Below are positions 20,796 to 30,982 of a DNA stretch of 64,000 bases, piece by piece. The DNA comes from Candidatus Eiseniibacteriota bacterium. Its GTDB lineage: Bacteria; Eisenbacteria; RBG-16-71-46. The stretch lies in NCBI GenBank assembly GCA_963744995.1, contig CAVUWA010000009.1, forward strand, positions 224,001 through 288,000, read 5' to 3'. A program made the position numbers and the translations under genes. The notes beneath the pieces are model-generated. The model was not told where the DNA came from, ran no database searches, and saw nothing but the letters and a program-made list of their open reading frames with translations. Position 1 is the stretch's first letter, and each line of letters opens with the position of its first letter.

Positions 20796-20825
20796 TTGAC
20801 GCTGGCGCGGCTCCGCACATAGACT
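20796..20825 (+). promoter_or_regulatory. Putative sigma70 promoter of the rpsU-dnaG-rpoD operon
   Basis: TTGACG-N18-TAGACT. Confidence 0.6.
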
Positions 20826-20917
20826 GGCTGAGGTGTCTTCGCGCCCGGGGATCCCCGTGGCGCGATTTGATGTTTACCCGAACGGTCTGTGCATGAGGGC
20901 GGAGAGGGGGGAATTTC

Positions 20918-21118
20918 TTGCCCGGAATCAGGGTCAAGGAAGGCGAGTCCTTCGAGAGTGCCCTGCGTCGATTCAAGAAAAAGTGCGAGAAGGCCGGCAT
21001 CATGGCGGACCTCAGGCGACATCAGCACTTCGAGAAGCCGAGTGAGAGGCGGAAGCGCAAGCTGAATGCCGCCAAGCGGAAGAATCTGACGCGGCGGCAG
21101 CAGGCGGAGAATTACTAA
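20918..21118 (+). CDS. rpsU: 30S ribosomal protein S21
   Basis: [44 protein letters not shown] start. Confidence 0.97.
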   Translation: MPGIRVKEGESFESALRRFKKKCEKAGIMADLRRHQHFEKPSERRKRKLNAAKRKNLTRRQQAENY

Positions 21119-21165
21119 CTCTGGACCGGATCGTCAGTCTCACCTGGCTGGACTGGTCCATCATC

Positions 21166-21693
21166 GTGCTCGTGGGATTGTTCATGATCCGCGGGCTGAT
21201 ACGCGGCAGCATTTCACAGACCTTCGGCCTCCTCGGTGTCCTGCTGGGACTCTGGGCGGCCGGATGGATTGCACGGTGGGTCGGGGACCTGTGGTCGGGG
21301 GCCCGACCCTCCGTGGTGTTCTGGGCGTTGCGCTGGCTGGTCGCCGCGCTGGGCGGTCTCGCCATCGCGTCGCTGTTCGGCAGTGTGGGTGAGCATCTCG
21401 GCCAGGCGGTGAAATCGGGTCCGGCCGGCTGGCTGGATCGTCTCGGCGGCGCGCTGCTCGGCGGTGCACTCGGGGCCACGGTCGCCGCGTTCACGCTGAT
21501 GGTCGCGCTGCAGCCCCCGCTCGCATCTCACGTGGAATCGGGCATCACCACCTCACGCGTCTCCGCCGTCATCCTGCACGGCGCCGTCCGTGCATGTTCG
21601 ATTTCGGACCGGGTCTTCCCCGGCACCCGCTGGCTCGCAGAGCGTTTCATCGAAGCCGAACGGCGCGCGTCGGGCGCAGCCGGCGTGATCTGA
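21166..21693 (+). CDS. cvpA: CvpA (colicin V production) family membrane protein; true start may be slightly upstream (about 21121)
   Basis: LDWSII..GLIRGSISQ N-terminus, LDRLGGALLG motif, hydrophobic helices; precedes mutS2. Confidence 0.75.
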   Translation: MLVGLFMIRGLIRGSISQTFGLLGVLLGLWAAGWIARWVGDLWSGARPSVVFWALRWLVAALGGLAIASLFGSVGEHLGQAVKSGPAGWLDRLGGALLGGALGATVAAFTLMVALQPPLASHVESGITTSRVSAVILHGAVRACSISDRVFPGTRWLAERFIEAERRASGAAGVI

Positions 21694-21725
21694 CCGGGCC
21701 CAGGGACGGGTCTCCTGGGAGAGTC

Positions 21726-24098
21726 GTGGACGAACGTTCCATTCAGCTGCTCGAGTTCGACCGGATCACCGATTCGATCGCCCACGAGGCGGACTCCGAG
21801 CGCGGACGGAGCGTCCTCAGGGCATGGCGGCCGCTCGAGGGCGCGGCCGCGATCGACGCGGCGAACGTGCTGCTCGGCGAGGCGATCGCCCGCCACGGCG
21901 AGCCCGGCACGTGGTGCGCCGTGGGCGAGGGCGAACTGCTCCCGCGCCTCGACCCGCGCGCCGACGGCGCGCTCGACGGCCCGGGGCTGCGCGCCGTGCT
22001 CACCTGGCTCGACGCCGGCCGCGCCACGCGCAGCGCGTGGCGCGAGGCCGAGGCCGCGGCGCGCCACCCGCACCTGGCCGCGGTCGCGGCCGGGATTCCC
22101 GATCTGGACGCGCTCCTCGAACGCATCGCCCGCGCGATCGAGCCCGACGGTCGGGTGGCCGACGGCGCTTCGCCGCTGCTCAAGCGCGCGCGCGCGGAGC
22201 TCGTCGCAGGCGAGCGGCGTCTGCTGGAACGCCTCGAGCGCTGGGCGCGGGGCCACGGCGAGACCGCCTACGTCACGCGCCGCGGCGAACGCTTCGTGGC
22301 GCTGGTGCCCGCGGCGGGCTTCGCACGCAGTCAGGCGCTGGTGCACGACACGTCCGGCAGCGGCCAGTCGCTGTTCGTCGAGCCGCTCGAATTCTGCGAG
22401 GGCAACAACCGCCTCATCGAGACTGCGGCGACGATTACCGAGGAAGAGCGTCGCGTGCTCCGCGAGCTCGCCACCGCGGTGCTCGAGGAGACGCAGGCGC
22501 TGCAGGCGCTGGAGGCGGCGCTCGTGGACTTCGACACGCTGCGCGCCCGCGCGCGCTGGGCGGTGCGAGTGGGCGCGATCGCGCTCGCCCCGGGCGGCGA
22601 GCGGCTCTCACTGGGCGCCGCGCGTCATCCGCTGCTCGCGCTGGGCCGCGATCGCGAACGACTCGTGCCGCTCGATCTCGATCTCGCCGGCGACGGCCGG
22701 CTGCTGCTGGTGAGCGGTCCCAACATGGGCGGCAAGACGGTGCTGCTCAAGACCGTCGGCCTGCTCGCCCTGCTCGCGCACGCGGGGCTGCCGGTTCCCG
22801 CCGCCGAGGGCAGTGCGATCCCGGCGTTCACGGACGTGCGCGTGGACCTCGGCGATTCGCAGTCGGTGGATCAGGGGCTTTCCACCTTCGCGGGCCATCT
22901 GCGCGCGCTGGCGGGAATGGCCGCGGCGGCGGGGCCCCGAACCCTGCTGCTCGCCGACGAGCTCGGCTCGGGCACCGATCCCGACGAGGGAGCCGCGCTC
23001 GGCCGGGCACTGCTCGAACACTTCGCCGGGCGCGGCGCGTGGGGCGTCATGACCACGCACCTCGGGCAGCTCAAGCGCGTCGCCGCCGAGGTGCCGGGAA
23101 TCGTCAACGGCTCGCTCGAATACGACGTCGAGACGATGCGCCCGCGCTATCGCTATCTCGCCGGGGTGCCCGGCGCGAGCCACGGGCTCGAGGTCGCGGG
23201 GCGGATGGACTTTCCGCCGGAGCTGATGCTGCGCGCGCGCGCGCTCACCCCCGATTCGACGCGCGCGCTCGAACAGCTGCTCCAGGAACTGCAGGCGACC
23301 GGGCGCCGCATGCACGAGGAGGAGGCGGCGCTGGCTGCGGCGCGCGAGGCCGCAGCGGAAGCAGCCGCGACGCACGCGCGGGCGACCGAAGACGTGCGCC
23401 GCTCGCTGTCGAGGCTGCGGCAGACGCTCACCCGCGAAAGCGAGGCGGTGCTCGCCCAGGCGCGCGAGTTGTGGCAGTCGATCCGCCAGGAGGCACGCCG
23501 TGCGGCGAAGTCGCCGGAGCGCAGCGAGGACGCGCGGCGCCAACTCGACGAGGTCGAGTCGCGGGTCGAGCGCCTGCAGAAGGAGGCCGCGGAGGCGGCT
23601 GGTGAGACGCACGAGCGGGAACCGATCCGCGCCGCCGACCTGCGGATCGGGCAGCGGGTGCGGGTGAGTGATCTGGGCGGGGTGGTGGCCGAGGTCCTGG
23701 GGCTGCCCGATCCGGACGGACGCGTGCCGCTCCGCCGCGGCAGCTGGAGCATCCAAAGCCACGTGAGCCGGCTGCTGCCGGCGGGCGAGGAGGAGGCGGC
23801 GGCCCTGCCGCGCGCGCGGCGCGCGTCGGTGTCGTTCACGCCGGCCGCCGACACGGTGCCGGCGCAGACGGACCTGCGCGGCATGGACGTCGCGGACGCA
23901 TTGCGCGCGGTGGACGAGGCGCTCGACCGTGCGGTGATCGCCGGGCTTGGCGAGTTGCGCATCATTCACGGGCTCGGCAAAGGGGTGCTGCGGGCAGCGG
24001 TGCAGAAACATCTCGAAGGACACCCGATGGTGACCGGGCGGCGCATGGGCGAGCTCTACGAAGGAGGCCGTGGCGTGACCGTGGCGACGCTCCGATGA
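21726..24098 (+). CDS. mutS2: Endonuclease/ribosome-rescue ATPase MutS2
   Basis: VHDTSGSGQSLFVEP, SGPNMGGKT, LSTFAGH, DELGSGTDPDEG, C-terminal Smr domain (DLRGM..IIHGLGKGVLR). Confidence 0.95.
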   Translation: MDERSIQLLEFDRITDSIAHEADSERGRSVLRAWRPLEGAAAIDAANVLLGEAIARHGEPGTWCAVGEGELLPRLDPRADGALDGPGLRAVLTWLDAGRATRSAWREAEAAARHPHLAAVAAGIPDLDALLERIARAIEPDGRVADGASPLLKRARAELVAGERRLLERLERWARGHGETAYVTRRGERFVALVPAAGFARSQALVHDTSGSGQSLFVEPLEFCEGNNRLIETAATITEEERRVLRELATAVLEETQALQALEAALVDFDTLRARARWAVRVGAIALAPGGERLSLGAARHPLLALGRDRERLVPLDLDLAGDGRLLLVSGPNMGGKTVLLKTVGLLALLAHAGLPVPAAEGSAIPAFTDVRVDLGDSQSVDQGLSTFAGHLRALAGMAAAAGPRTLLLADELGSGTDPDEGAALGRALLEHFAGRGAWGVMTTHLGQLKRVAAEVPGIVNGSLEYDVETMRPRYRYLAGVPGASHGLEVAGRMDFPPELMLRARALTPDSTRALEQLLQELQATGRRMHEEEAALAAAREAAAEAAATHARATEDVRRSLSRLRQTLTRESEAVLAQARELWQSIRQEARRAAKSPERSEDARRQLDEVESRVERLQKEAAEAAGETHEREPIRAADLRIGQRVRVSDLGGVVAEVLGLPDPDGRVPLRRGSWSIQSHVSRLLPAGEEEAAALPRARRASVSFTPAADTVPAQTDLRGMDVADALRAVDEALDRAVIAGLGELRIIHGLGKGVLRAAVQKHLEGHPMVTGRRMGELYEGGRGVTVATLR

Positions 24099-25834
24099 GC
24101 GCGGGCGGCGCTTTCGGATCGCGCGGCGCCGACGACTGGGTCGAGCGCGTGCGTGCGGCGACCGACATCGTCGAGTGGATCGGCCAGACCGTGCAGCTCA
24201 AGCGTTCGGGCCGCAACTGGATGGGGCTGTGTCCGTTCCACGACGAGAAGACGCCGTCGTTCTCGGTGAACGCCGAGCGCCAGTTCTATCACTGCTTCAG
24301 CTGCAAGGTGGGAGGTGACGTCTTCAAGTTCGTGCAGGAAACCGAACACCTCGGTTTCCTCGAAGCGGTGGAACTGCTCTCCAACCGTGCCGGGATTCCG
24401 GTGCCCGAGCGGCGCGGGGCGCCGCGCGGCCGGCGCGGCAGGCTGCTGGAGGCGCTGGAGGCGGCGGCCACGGCCTACCAGCAGTGGCTCGCCGATCCCG
24501 AAACCGGCGCCACGACCCGCGCCTACCTCGAGCGGCGCGGCGTCACCCAGGATGCGATCCGCACGTTCCGCCTCGGACTTGCGCCCGAGGGCTGGGAAAA
24601 CCTGGTGCGGCGGCTCCGCGAGAAGGTGGAGGGCGATGCGCTGGTCGAGGCGGGGCTCGCCGGGCGGCGCGACAGCGGCCGCGGCGGGCTCTACGACCGC
24701 TTCCGGCACCGGCTGATGATTCCGCTCATCGCCCCGGGCGGTGCGGTGCTCGGCTTCGGAGCACGGGCGCTGTCGGATGCGGACAGCCCCAAGTACCTGA
24801 ACTCGCCGGAGACGCCGGTGTATCACAAGGGGGCGTTCCTGTTCGGCGCCGACGAGGCGCGGCGGGCGAAGGATCTCGACGAGGTGTTCGTGGTGGAGGG
24901 GTACTTCGACGCGATCGCCATGCATCAGGCGGGGCTCGTGCAGACCGTCGCCACATCGGGCACGGCACTGACCGCGGAACAGGCGAAGCTGCTCCGACGG
25001 CTCGCGCCGCGAGTCACGATGGCCTACGACGGCGATGCCGCCGGCCGGGGCGCCGTGCTGCGCTCGCTGGGCGTGCTGCTCGGCGAAGGACTCGAGGTGC
25101 GGGTGGTCGCGCTCGCCGAGGGCGACGACCCGGACACCCTGGTGCGCCGCGAGGGGGCGGACGGCTGGTGGCGGGTCCACCGGGCCGCGATCGACCCCGT
25201 GGCCTTCGTTCAGCGGCATGTTTTTTCAATTTCCGGACCCGGGGACCCGCTGGAGCGGGCCGTGGCCACGATCGTCGAGCTTGCAGGAAGCATCGAAGAT
25301 CCGGTAAGAACGCGGATTCTCCTCGATCGGGCGGCCGCGGTCTTCGGCATGCCCGTCGGCGTCCTCGCCCGGGCGGTGGCTCTCAAGCGCCGTGGCCAGG
25401 GCGTGGCGCATCCGGTGCGGGCCGAGGTAGCCGAACGGCGGCGGGGAGAACGGGACCTGGAGCACCGCCTGCTGCAGGCGTTGATGCAGGCCCCGGCGGT
25501 CCTCGAGGAGACGCGCCGGCGGCTGGGACCCGAGGATTTCCGGGATGCGGCCGGTCGGGCGCTGGCGATGCGTCTCTGGAATGGGGGGTCCGGCGAAGAC
25601 GAGGCGCCGGCGGTGCTCGCGCTGGAGCGTGAGTTGCTGGCCGACCTGCCGGATCTGGCCGACTGGGAGGCGGAGGCGCGCGCGGTCAGTCGCGCGATGG
25701 AGGAGCGACGCCTCAGAGGGCGCCTGAGCGAGCGGAAGGAACAGTTGCGCCGCGCGGCCGACGACGAGGAGGCCGTGCGGCTGATGCGCGAGATCGAGGA
25801 AATCGGAGCGTCCTTGCGGACGCTGCACGGATAG
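24095..25834 (+). CDS. dnaG: DNA primase
   Basis: [15 protein letters not shown] zinc finger, [23 protein letters not shown]. Confidence 0.98.
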   Translation: MSAGGAFGSRGADDWVERVRAATDIVEWIGQTVQLKRSGRNWMGLCPFHDEKTPSFSVNAERQFYHCFSCKVGGDVFKFVQETEHLGFLEAVELLSNRAGIPVPERRGAPRGRRGRLLEALEAAATAYQQWLADPETGATTRAYLERRGVTQDAIRTFRLGLAPEGWENLVRRLREKVEGDALVEAGLAGRRDSGRGGLYDRFRHRLMIPLIAPGGAVLGFGARALSDADSPKYLNSPETPVYHKGAFLFGADEARRAKDLDEVFVVEGYFDAIAMHQAGLVQTVATSGTALTAEQAKLLRRLAPRVTMAYDGDAAGRGAVLRSLGVLLGEGLEVRVVALAEGDDPDTLVRREGADGWWRVHRAAIDPVAFVQRHVFSISGPGDPLERAVATIVELAGSIEDPVRTRILLDRAAAVFGMPVGVLARAVALKRRGQGVAHPVRAEVAERRRGERDLEHRLLQALMQAPAVLEETRRRLGPEDFRDAAGRALAMRLWNGGSGEDEAPAVLALERELLADLPDLADWEAEARAVSRAMEERRLRGRLSERKEQLRRAADDEEAVRLMREIEEIGASLRTLHG

Positions 25835-25907
25835 AGCCGGGGTGCCGGCGAGCCGCCGCGAGGCGGCGGACGGGCGGAACGGGACGGCTGGGCCGAGGGG
25901 GGAATGC

Positions 25908-27710
25908 ATGGCGACTGCCACGACGAAGAAGCAGCAGAAGAAACTGGAAGTGGCCGAGCAGCGCAAGCGGCTCGACGAGGTGAAGACGCTGGCGCTCAGG
26001 CAGGGCTACGTGACCGAGGACCAGGTCATCTGGCTGCTCGACGACAACCAGGACCCCGACCGGCAGGTCGAGCAGATGGAAGAGATCCACACCATGCTCG
26101 GCAAGATGCACATCGAGGTCTTCGCGAGCGAAGAGGACGCGCAGGATCGCATCCGCAAGCTGCGCAAGATCGAGGACAAGAAGACACCGGCGGCCAGCAA
26201 GGCCGTGCCGCAGCAGCCGGTGCGTTACGACGACCCGGTGCGCATGTACCTTCGCGAGATGGGGCGCGTGCCGCTGCTCACCCGCGAGGGCGAGGTCGAG
26301 ATCGCGCGGCGCATCGAGGCCGGTGACCGTCAGGTCGTGGCGGCGCTGTTCCGCGCCGAGCCCGCGGTGCAGGAGATGAAGGGCATGCTCAAGCAGCTCA
26401 AGGAGGGCATGCTCAAGATCGAGGACTTCATCAAGCTCGCCGAGGACACGACCACCGAGCAGGCGCTCAAGAAGGAGCGGCAGCGCGCGGCGAAGATCCT
26501 CGAGCGCGTGTTCAAGCTGCAGAAGCGTTTCAACGATCTGCTCGCGAAGCAGAACAAGCGCATGACGGAGAAGCAGCGCAGCACGCTCCAGGCGAACTTC
26601 GCCAAGGCCGAAGCCGAGCTCACGCAGGAGATGCACAAGCTCTCGATCAACCCGCGCATCGTCGAGGGCATGTCGGCGCCCCTCAAGGAGGTCGCGGAGC
26701 GCGCGCTCGAGTACGACGAGGTCATTGCGGCGATGGAGCGCCGCTACGGGCACTCGATCGAGGACATCCAGTCCTTCGCGCGCCGCATGAAGCGCGGGCC
26801 GAAGGAACTGCGCGCGGTGCGCCGCGAGAGCGGCCTGCAGCCGGCGCAGGTGTCGGAGTGCCTGGCGGAGCTCAAGACCATCCGCAAGGAGATCAAGAAG
26901 ATCGAGGAGGACGCCGGCATGAGCCGCGATCACATCCTCGAGCTCTACCGCCAGATCCGCGATGGCGAGCGCTCCACCGCGCAGGCCAAGAAGGAGATGA
27001 TCGAGGCCAACGTGCGTCTGGTGATCTCGATCGCCAAGCGCTACACGAACCGGGGCCTCGAGTTTCTCGACCTGATCCAGGAGGGCAATTCCGGCCTGAT
27101 GCGCGCGGTCGACAAGTTCGACTACACCAAGGGCTACAAGTTCTCGACGTACGCGACGTGGTGGATCCGTCAGGCCATCACCCGCGCGATCGCCGACCAG
27201 GCCCGCACGATCCGCGTGCCGGTGCACATGATCGAGCACATCAACCGTGTGGTGCGGGTGTCGCGGCGGCTGGTGCAGGAGCTCGGCCGCGAGCCGACCC
27301 CCGAAGAGATCGCCGAACGGCTGGAGCTGCCGGTCGACAAGGTGAAGAGCATCCTCAAGGCGGCGCAGGAGCCGATCTCGCTCGACCGGCCGATCGGTGA
27401 GGACGACGACTCGAATCTGGGCGACTTCATCGAGGACACGAGCGTGGTCTCGCCGGCCCATTCGGCGGCGTCCGCCATGCTGCGCGACGAGGTGAACGAC
27501 GTGCTGCACACGCTGACGCCGCGCGAAGCGAAGGTGATCCGCCTGCGCTTCGGCCTCACCGAGGACGGCGCGCAGCGCACGCTGGAGGAAGTCGGGGCGT
27601 TCTTCAACGTGACCCGCGAGCGGATCCGTCAGATCGAGGCGAAGGCGCTGAGGAAGCTCCGGCATCCGACGCGCAGCCGGCGTCTCAAGGCGTACACGGA
27701 ACTGCTGTAG
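25908..27710 (+). CDS. rpoD: RNA polymerase primary sigma factor
   Basis: [60 protein letters not shown]. Confidence 0.99.
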   Translation: MATATTKKQQKKLEVAEQRKRLDEVKTLALRQGYVTEDQVIWLLDDNQDPDRQVEQMEEIHTMLGKMHIEVFASEEDAQDRIRKLRKIEDKKTPAASKAVPQQPVRYDDPVRMYLREMGRVPLLTREGEVEIARRIEAGDRQVVAALFRAEPAVQEMKGMLKQLKEGMLKIEDFIKLAEDTTTEQALKKERQRAAKILERVFKLQKRFNDLLAKQNKRMTEKQRSTLQANFAKAEAELTQEMHKLSINPRIVEGMSAPLKEVAERALEYDEVIAAMERRYGHSIEDIQSFARRMKRGPKELRAVRRESGLQPAQVSECLAELKTIRKEIKKIEEDAGMSRDHILELYRQIRDGERSTAQAKKEMIEANVRLVISIAKRYTNRGLEFLDLIQEGNSGLMRAVDKFDYTKGYKFSTYATWWIRQAITRAIADQARTIRVPVHMIEHINRVVRVSRRLVQELGREPTPEEIAERLELPVDKVKSILKAAQEPISLDRPIGEDDDSNLGDFIEDTSVVSPAHSAASAMLRDEVNDVLHTLTPREAKVIRLRFGLTEDGAQRTLEEVGAFFNVTRERIRQIEAKALRKLRHPTRSRRLKAYTELL

Positions 27711-27796
27711 CACGGGCGCGGTCCCGCGCGGCGCTCCGTCGGACCGGCGTCCCCCCGGGGCGCCGGCCTGCGCGTGTCAGGGGGGCGGAGCTCGCC

Positions 27797-29728
27797 TCAG
27801 GCGTCGCGCGCCTCGAGCGCCGCGCGCAGGGTGGAGGCGAGCAGGTTCACCGAGAACGGCTTCACCAGCAGCGGATGCCCGCCGTGGTCTGCGCCGGCGC
27901 CCGGCGCGGTGCCTTCGGCGTAGCCGGACATGAACACCACCGGCGTTTCGGGGCGTTCGGCGCGCAACGCAGCCGCCAGCTGCGGCCCGGTCATGCGCGG
28001 CATCACGACATCGGTGAGCACCACGTCGACCGGCTCCGCGGCGGCCGCCACGCGCTCGAGCGCCTCGGCGCCGTCGCGCGCCTCGATCACGCGATAGCCG
28101 AGCCGGGTGAGCGCGAGCCGCGCGAACTCACGCACGCCGGCCTCGTCCTCGACCAGCAGAACGGTCTCGCGTGCGCCGCGCGGCGCGACGGGCCCGGCCG
28201 CCGCCCGGGCGTCCGCGGCGGCAGGCACCCCTTCGGTCCGCAGCGGCAGCGCGATCCGCACGGTGGTGCCGCGGCCCGGTGCACTGTCGATGTCGATCTG
28301 GCCGCCGGCCTGATGCACGAGCCCGTAGCAGGTGGAGAGGCCCAGCCCCGAGCCGCGGTCCGGACCCTTGGTCGTGAAGAAGGGCTCGAAGGCGCGCGCC
28401 CGCACCTCGGGAGTCATGCCGGCACCGTCGTCCGCCACCATGACTTGGAGCCAGTCGCCCTGCGGCAGGCCCATGGCGGCCACCTGCGCGGCGGCCGGCA
28501 CGCGTGTCTTGATGCGCAGGGTGCCGCCCGCGGGCATGGCGTCGCGCGCATTGACGGCCAGGTTGACCATCACCTGCTCGAACAGCGACGGATCGATGCG
28601 CACCACCCGGCCGGCCGCGCCCGGGGTGAGCTCGAGCTGAATGTGCTCACCGATCAGCCGCAGCAGGAGTCTCTCCAGGTCGCGAATGATCGCGTCCACG
28701 TCCACCAGCCGCGGCGCCACGCGCTCGCGGCGCGCGAACGCCAGCAGCCGGCGGGTGATGTTGGAGGCGCGGTCGGCCGCCTCGATGATCTGCGCAACGC
28801 TGTCGCGGGCCTCGTGGCCCGCCGGCAGGGACGCCGCGCACAGGTCGGCGTAGCCGCGGATCGCGGTGAGCAGGTTGTTGAAGTCGTGCGCGACGCCGCC
28901 GGCAAGCTGGCCGACCGCTTCCATTTTCTGCGACTGCAGCAGCCGTGCCTCCAGCGCGCGACGCGAGGAGATGTCCTCCACGATGGCCAGTGCGCGCCGC
29001 TCGCCGTCGATGAGCACCGGCGTCAGGCTGATCAGGGCGTCGTAGGGAGTCCCGTCCTTGCGCAGGAACTGCACCTCCTGGTGCCGGACGCTGCCCTCGC
29101 GCGCGAACCGTCCGAGGATCGCCGCGCGCGCGCCGGGGTCGGCGTAGAGCCTGGCCACGTTGCCGATCGCCATGACGTCTTCGCGCGTATAGCCGCCCGG
29201 CCGCATCATCGCGTCGTTGAACTCGAGCAGCGTGCCGTCGGGCGCGGCCAGGCCGATGCCGACCGGCGCGTTCTCGAACAGCGTGCGGTAGCGCTGCTCG
29301 CCCTCGCGCAACGCCTCTTCGATCCGCACGCGGTCGGTGACGTCATGGAAGCTCGAGACCAGCCCGCCGACCGACGGGTCGTGAACGAGGCTGACGCCGG
29401 CGCCCTCCATGATCAGATAGTGCCCGTCGCGATGGCGCAGGCGATGGCGGAACTCCAGCACGACCCCGGGTTGGGCGAGGGCGCTGGCGAACAGCGCCGC
29501 CGCGTTCCCGGCGTCCTCCGGATGCACGAGGTGCGGCCCGGCGCGGCCCACGAGCTGCTCCGGTCGCCAGCCGAGCACCCGTGTCATCGCCGGGTTGGTG
29601 TAGATCAGCGTGCCGTCGGGAGCGAACAGCGTGACGACGTCGAGACTGTGCTCGACGAGGGCGCGGAAACGCGCGGAGTCGTCTTCGCGCGCGGGTCCGG
29701 GCGTGGCGGGGTCGGGTGTGCGGGCCAT
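27797..29728 (-). CDS. PAS-PAS hybrid sensor histidine kinase/receiver (CckA-like architecture)
   Basis: Two PAS domains, H-box AHDFNNLL, NLAVNARDAM, FEPFFTTK..GSGLGL, receiver LLVED..TDVVMP..KPF. Confidence 0.95.
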   Translation of the reverse strand: MARTPDPATPGPAREDDSARFRALVEHSLDVVTLFAPDGTLIYTNPAMTRVLGWRPEQLVGRAGPHLVHPEDAGNAAALFASALAQPGVVLEFRHRLRHRDGHYLIMEGAGVSLVHDPSVGGLVSSFHDVTDRVRIEEALREGEQRYRTLFENAPVGIGLAAPDGTLLEFNDAMMRPGGYTREDVMAIGNVARLYADPGARAAILGRFAREGSVRHQEVQFLRKDGTPYDALISLTPVLIDGERRALAIVEDISSRRALEARLLQSQKMEAVGQLAGGVAHDFNNLLTAIRGYADLCAASLPAGHEARDSVAQIIEAADRASNITRRLLAFARRERVAPRLVDVDAIIRDLERLLLRLIGEHIQLELTPGAAGRVVRIDPSLFEQVMVNLAVNARDAMPAGGTLRIKTRVPAAAQVAAMGLPQGDWLQVMVADDGAGMTPEVRARAFEPFFTTKGPDRGSGLGLSTCYGLVHQAGGQIDIDSAPGRGTTVRIALPLRTEGVPAAADARAAAGPVAPRGARETVLLVEDEAGVREFARLALTRLGYRVIEARDGAEALERVAAAAEPVDVVLTDVVMPRMTGPQLAAALRAERPETPVVFMSGYAEGTAPGAGADHGGHPLLVKPFSVNLLASTLRAALEARDA

Positions 29729-29794
29729 GGGCTTCCCTCATCGGTGTCGGCGACGCCGCGCACAATGACAGAGGCGGCGGGTGCGGTCCATCGC

Positions 29795-29823
29795 TTGACA
29801 CCCCTCGGGCCCGATGCTATCAA
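29795..29823 (+). promoter_or_regulatory. Putative sigma70 promoter of the tRNA pair
   Basis: TTGACA-N17-TATCAA with extended -10 TG. Confidence 0.6.
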
Positions 29824-29879
29824 CGCACGGCTTTTCGACGCCTGCCCCCCGATGCGGGGGGGACCCGGGGCGTCGCGCT

Positions 29880-29953
29880 GGGCCCATAGCTCAGCGGTCC
29901 AGAGCGGCCGGCTCATAACCGGTAAGACCCTGGTTCGAATCCAGGTGGGCCCA
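29880..29953 (+). tRNA. tRNA with CAT anticodon, most likely tRNA-Ile2 (lysidine); elongator Met not excluded; CCA not encoded
   Basis: GGGCCCA/TGGGCCC acceptor, GCCGG-CTCATAA-CCGGT, TTCGAAT; paired 1-72 so not initiator; position downstream of dnaG-rpoD is typical of Ile2. Confidence 0.9.
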
Positions 29954-29989
29954 GAGTGTCCATGCGGTTCGAGCCGGGCGACGGGTCAC

Positions 29990-30065
29990 GGGCGGGTAGC
30001 TCAGCTGGCAGAGCACCTGGATCACAACCAGGGGGTCACAGGTTCAAGTCCTGTTCCGCCCACCA
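29990..30065 (+). tRNA. tRNA-Val(CAC)
   Basis: GGGCGGG/TCCGCCC acceptor, CCTGG-ATCACAA-CCAGG, TTCAAGT, encoded CCA. Confidence 0.94.
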
Positions 30066-30197
30066 TGGCTTGCCGGCGATGGGATCGCCGGATGATGGAT
30101 GGAGGCACGCCGCGTGAAGCCTTCTCGACGCCCGCATGTGCGCAGCCCGCGGCCGGCCGCGGCCGCGCCGGCGATGACGCGCACGCGCTGCGCGTTC

Positions 30198-30234
30198 GCG
30201 GGGATGTCCGCAAGGACATCCCCGCTTTCGTTTT
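30198..30234 (+). terminator. Intrinsic terminator after the tRNA pair
   Basis: Perfect 12-bp hairpin GCGGGGATGTCC-GCAA-GGACATCCCCGC followed by TTTCGTTTT. Confidence 0.75.
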
Positions 30235-30253
30235 CCGCGGAAGGAGGGTGCGC

Positions 30254-30967
30254 GTGACCGAAGAACTGCAGCGGCTCTGGAACCTGCACCTGCTGGACGA
30301 CGAGGCGGTGCGGCTCAGGAGCGCGCTCGAGCAGCACCCCGCCGAGAAGGCCGCGGCCGACATGCGGCTCGCCGAAGAGCGTGCGGCGCTCGAGCACAAC
30401 CGCGCACGGAGCGCGGCTTCGCAGAAGCAGCGCCGCGATCTCGAGCGTGAGGCCGAGGGCTTTGCCGCGGAGGAGCGGAAGTTTCAGGCGCAGCTCCCCG
30501 GCGTGAAGAAGAACGAGGAATACCAGGCGCTGCTGCACGAGATCGAGAACGTGAAGTCGAAGCGTTCGGATCTGGAAACGCGGGTGCTCGAGCGGCTCGA
30601 AGCGGAGGAGCGGCTCGAAGGCGAACGCCCCGCGCTCGAAGACGCGCTGGCCCGGGCCGAGGCCGAGGTGCGCGCGCAGGTGGCGAAGATCGAGGCGCTC
30701 GAAGCCGACGAGCGCCGGCGGCTCGAGGAGCTGGACGGACGCCGCGCCGCCGAGCTCCAGGCGCTGTCGCCACCGACCCGCGCGCGCTACGAACGGATCC
30801 ACGTGTCCCGGCAGGGGCGCGCGGTGGTGCCGGTCGAGAAGAGCGCGTGCGGGGGGTGTTTCCGCGCCCTGCCGCCGCAGATCATGCAGGAGGCGAAGAA
30901 GCGCGATCGCCTCCTGAACTGCGAGGGCTGCGGGCGGTTGCTGGTCTATCCGCCCGACGCGCCCTGA
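30254..30967 (+). CDS. Coiled-coil C4-type zinc-ribbon protein (DUF164/zf-RING_7; CdsZ/HP0958-like)
   Basis: KKNEEYQALLHEIE coiled coil, YERI...GRAVV.V...CGGC...LPPQ...CEGCGRLL; AAGGAGG RBS before GTG. Confidence 0.9.
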   Translation: MTEELQRLWNLHLLDDEAVRLRSALEQHPAEKAAADMRLAEERAALEHNRARSAASQKQRRDLEREAEGFAAEERKFQAQLPGVKKNEEYQALLHEIENVKSKRSDLETRVLERLEAEERLEGERPALEDALARAEAEVRAQVAKIEALEADERRRLEELDGRRAAELQALSPPTRARYERIHVSRQGRAVVPVEKSACGGCFRALPPQIMQEAKKRDRLLNCEGCGRLLVYPPDAP

Positions 30968-30982
30968 GCGGGAAGCGCATCC

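Noticed and set aside
27875..30967. 1030-aa plus-strand ORF
   Set aside because: Antisense shadow of the hybrid kinase that also runs through two tRNA genes; only 30254-30967 (zinc-ribbon protein with its own RBS) is credible
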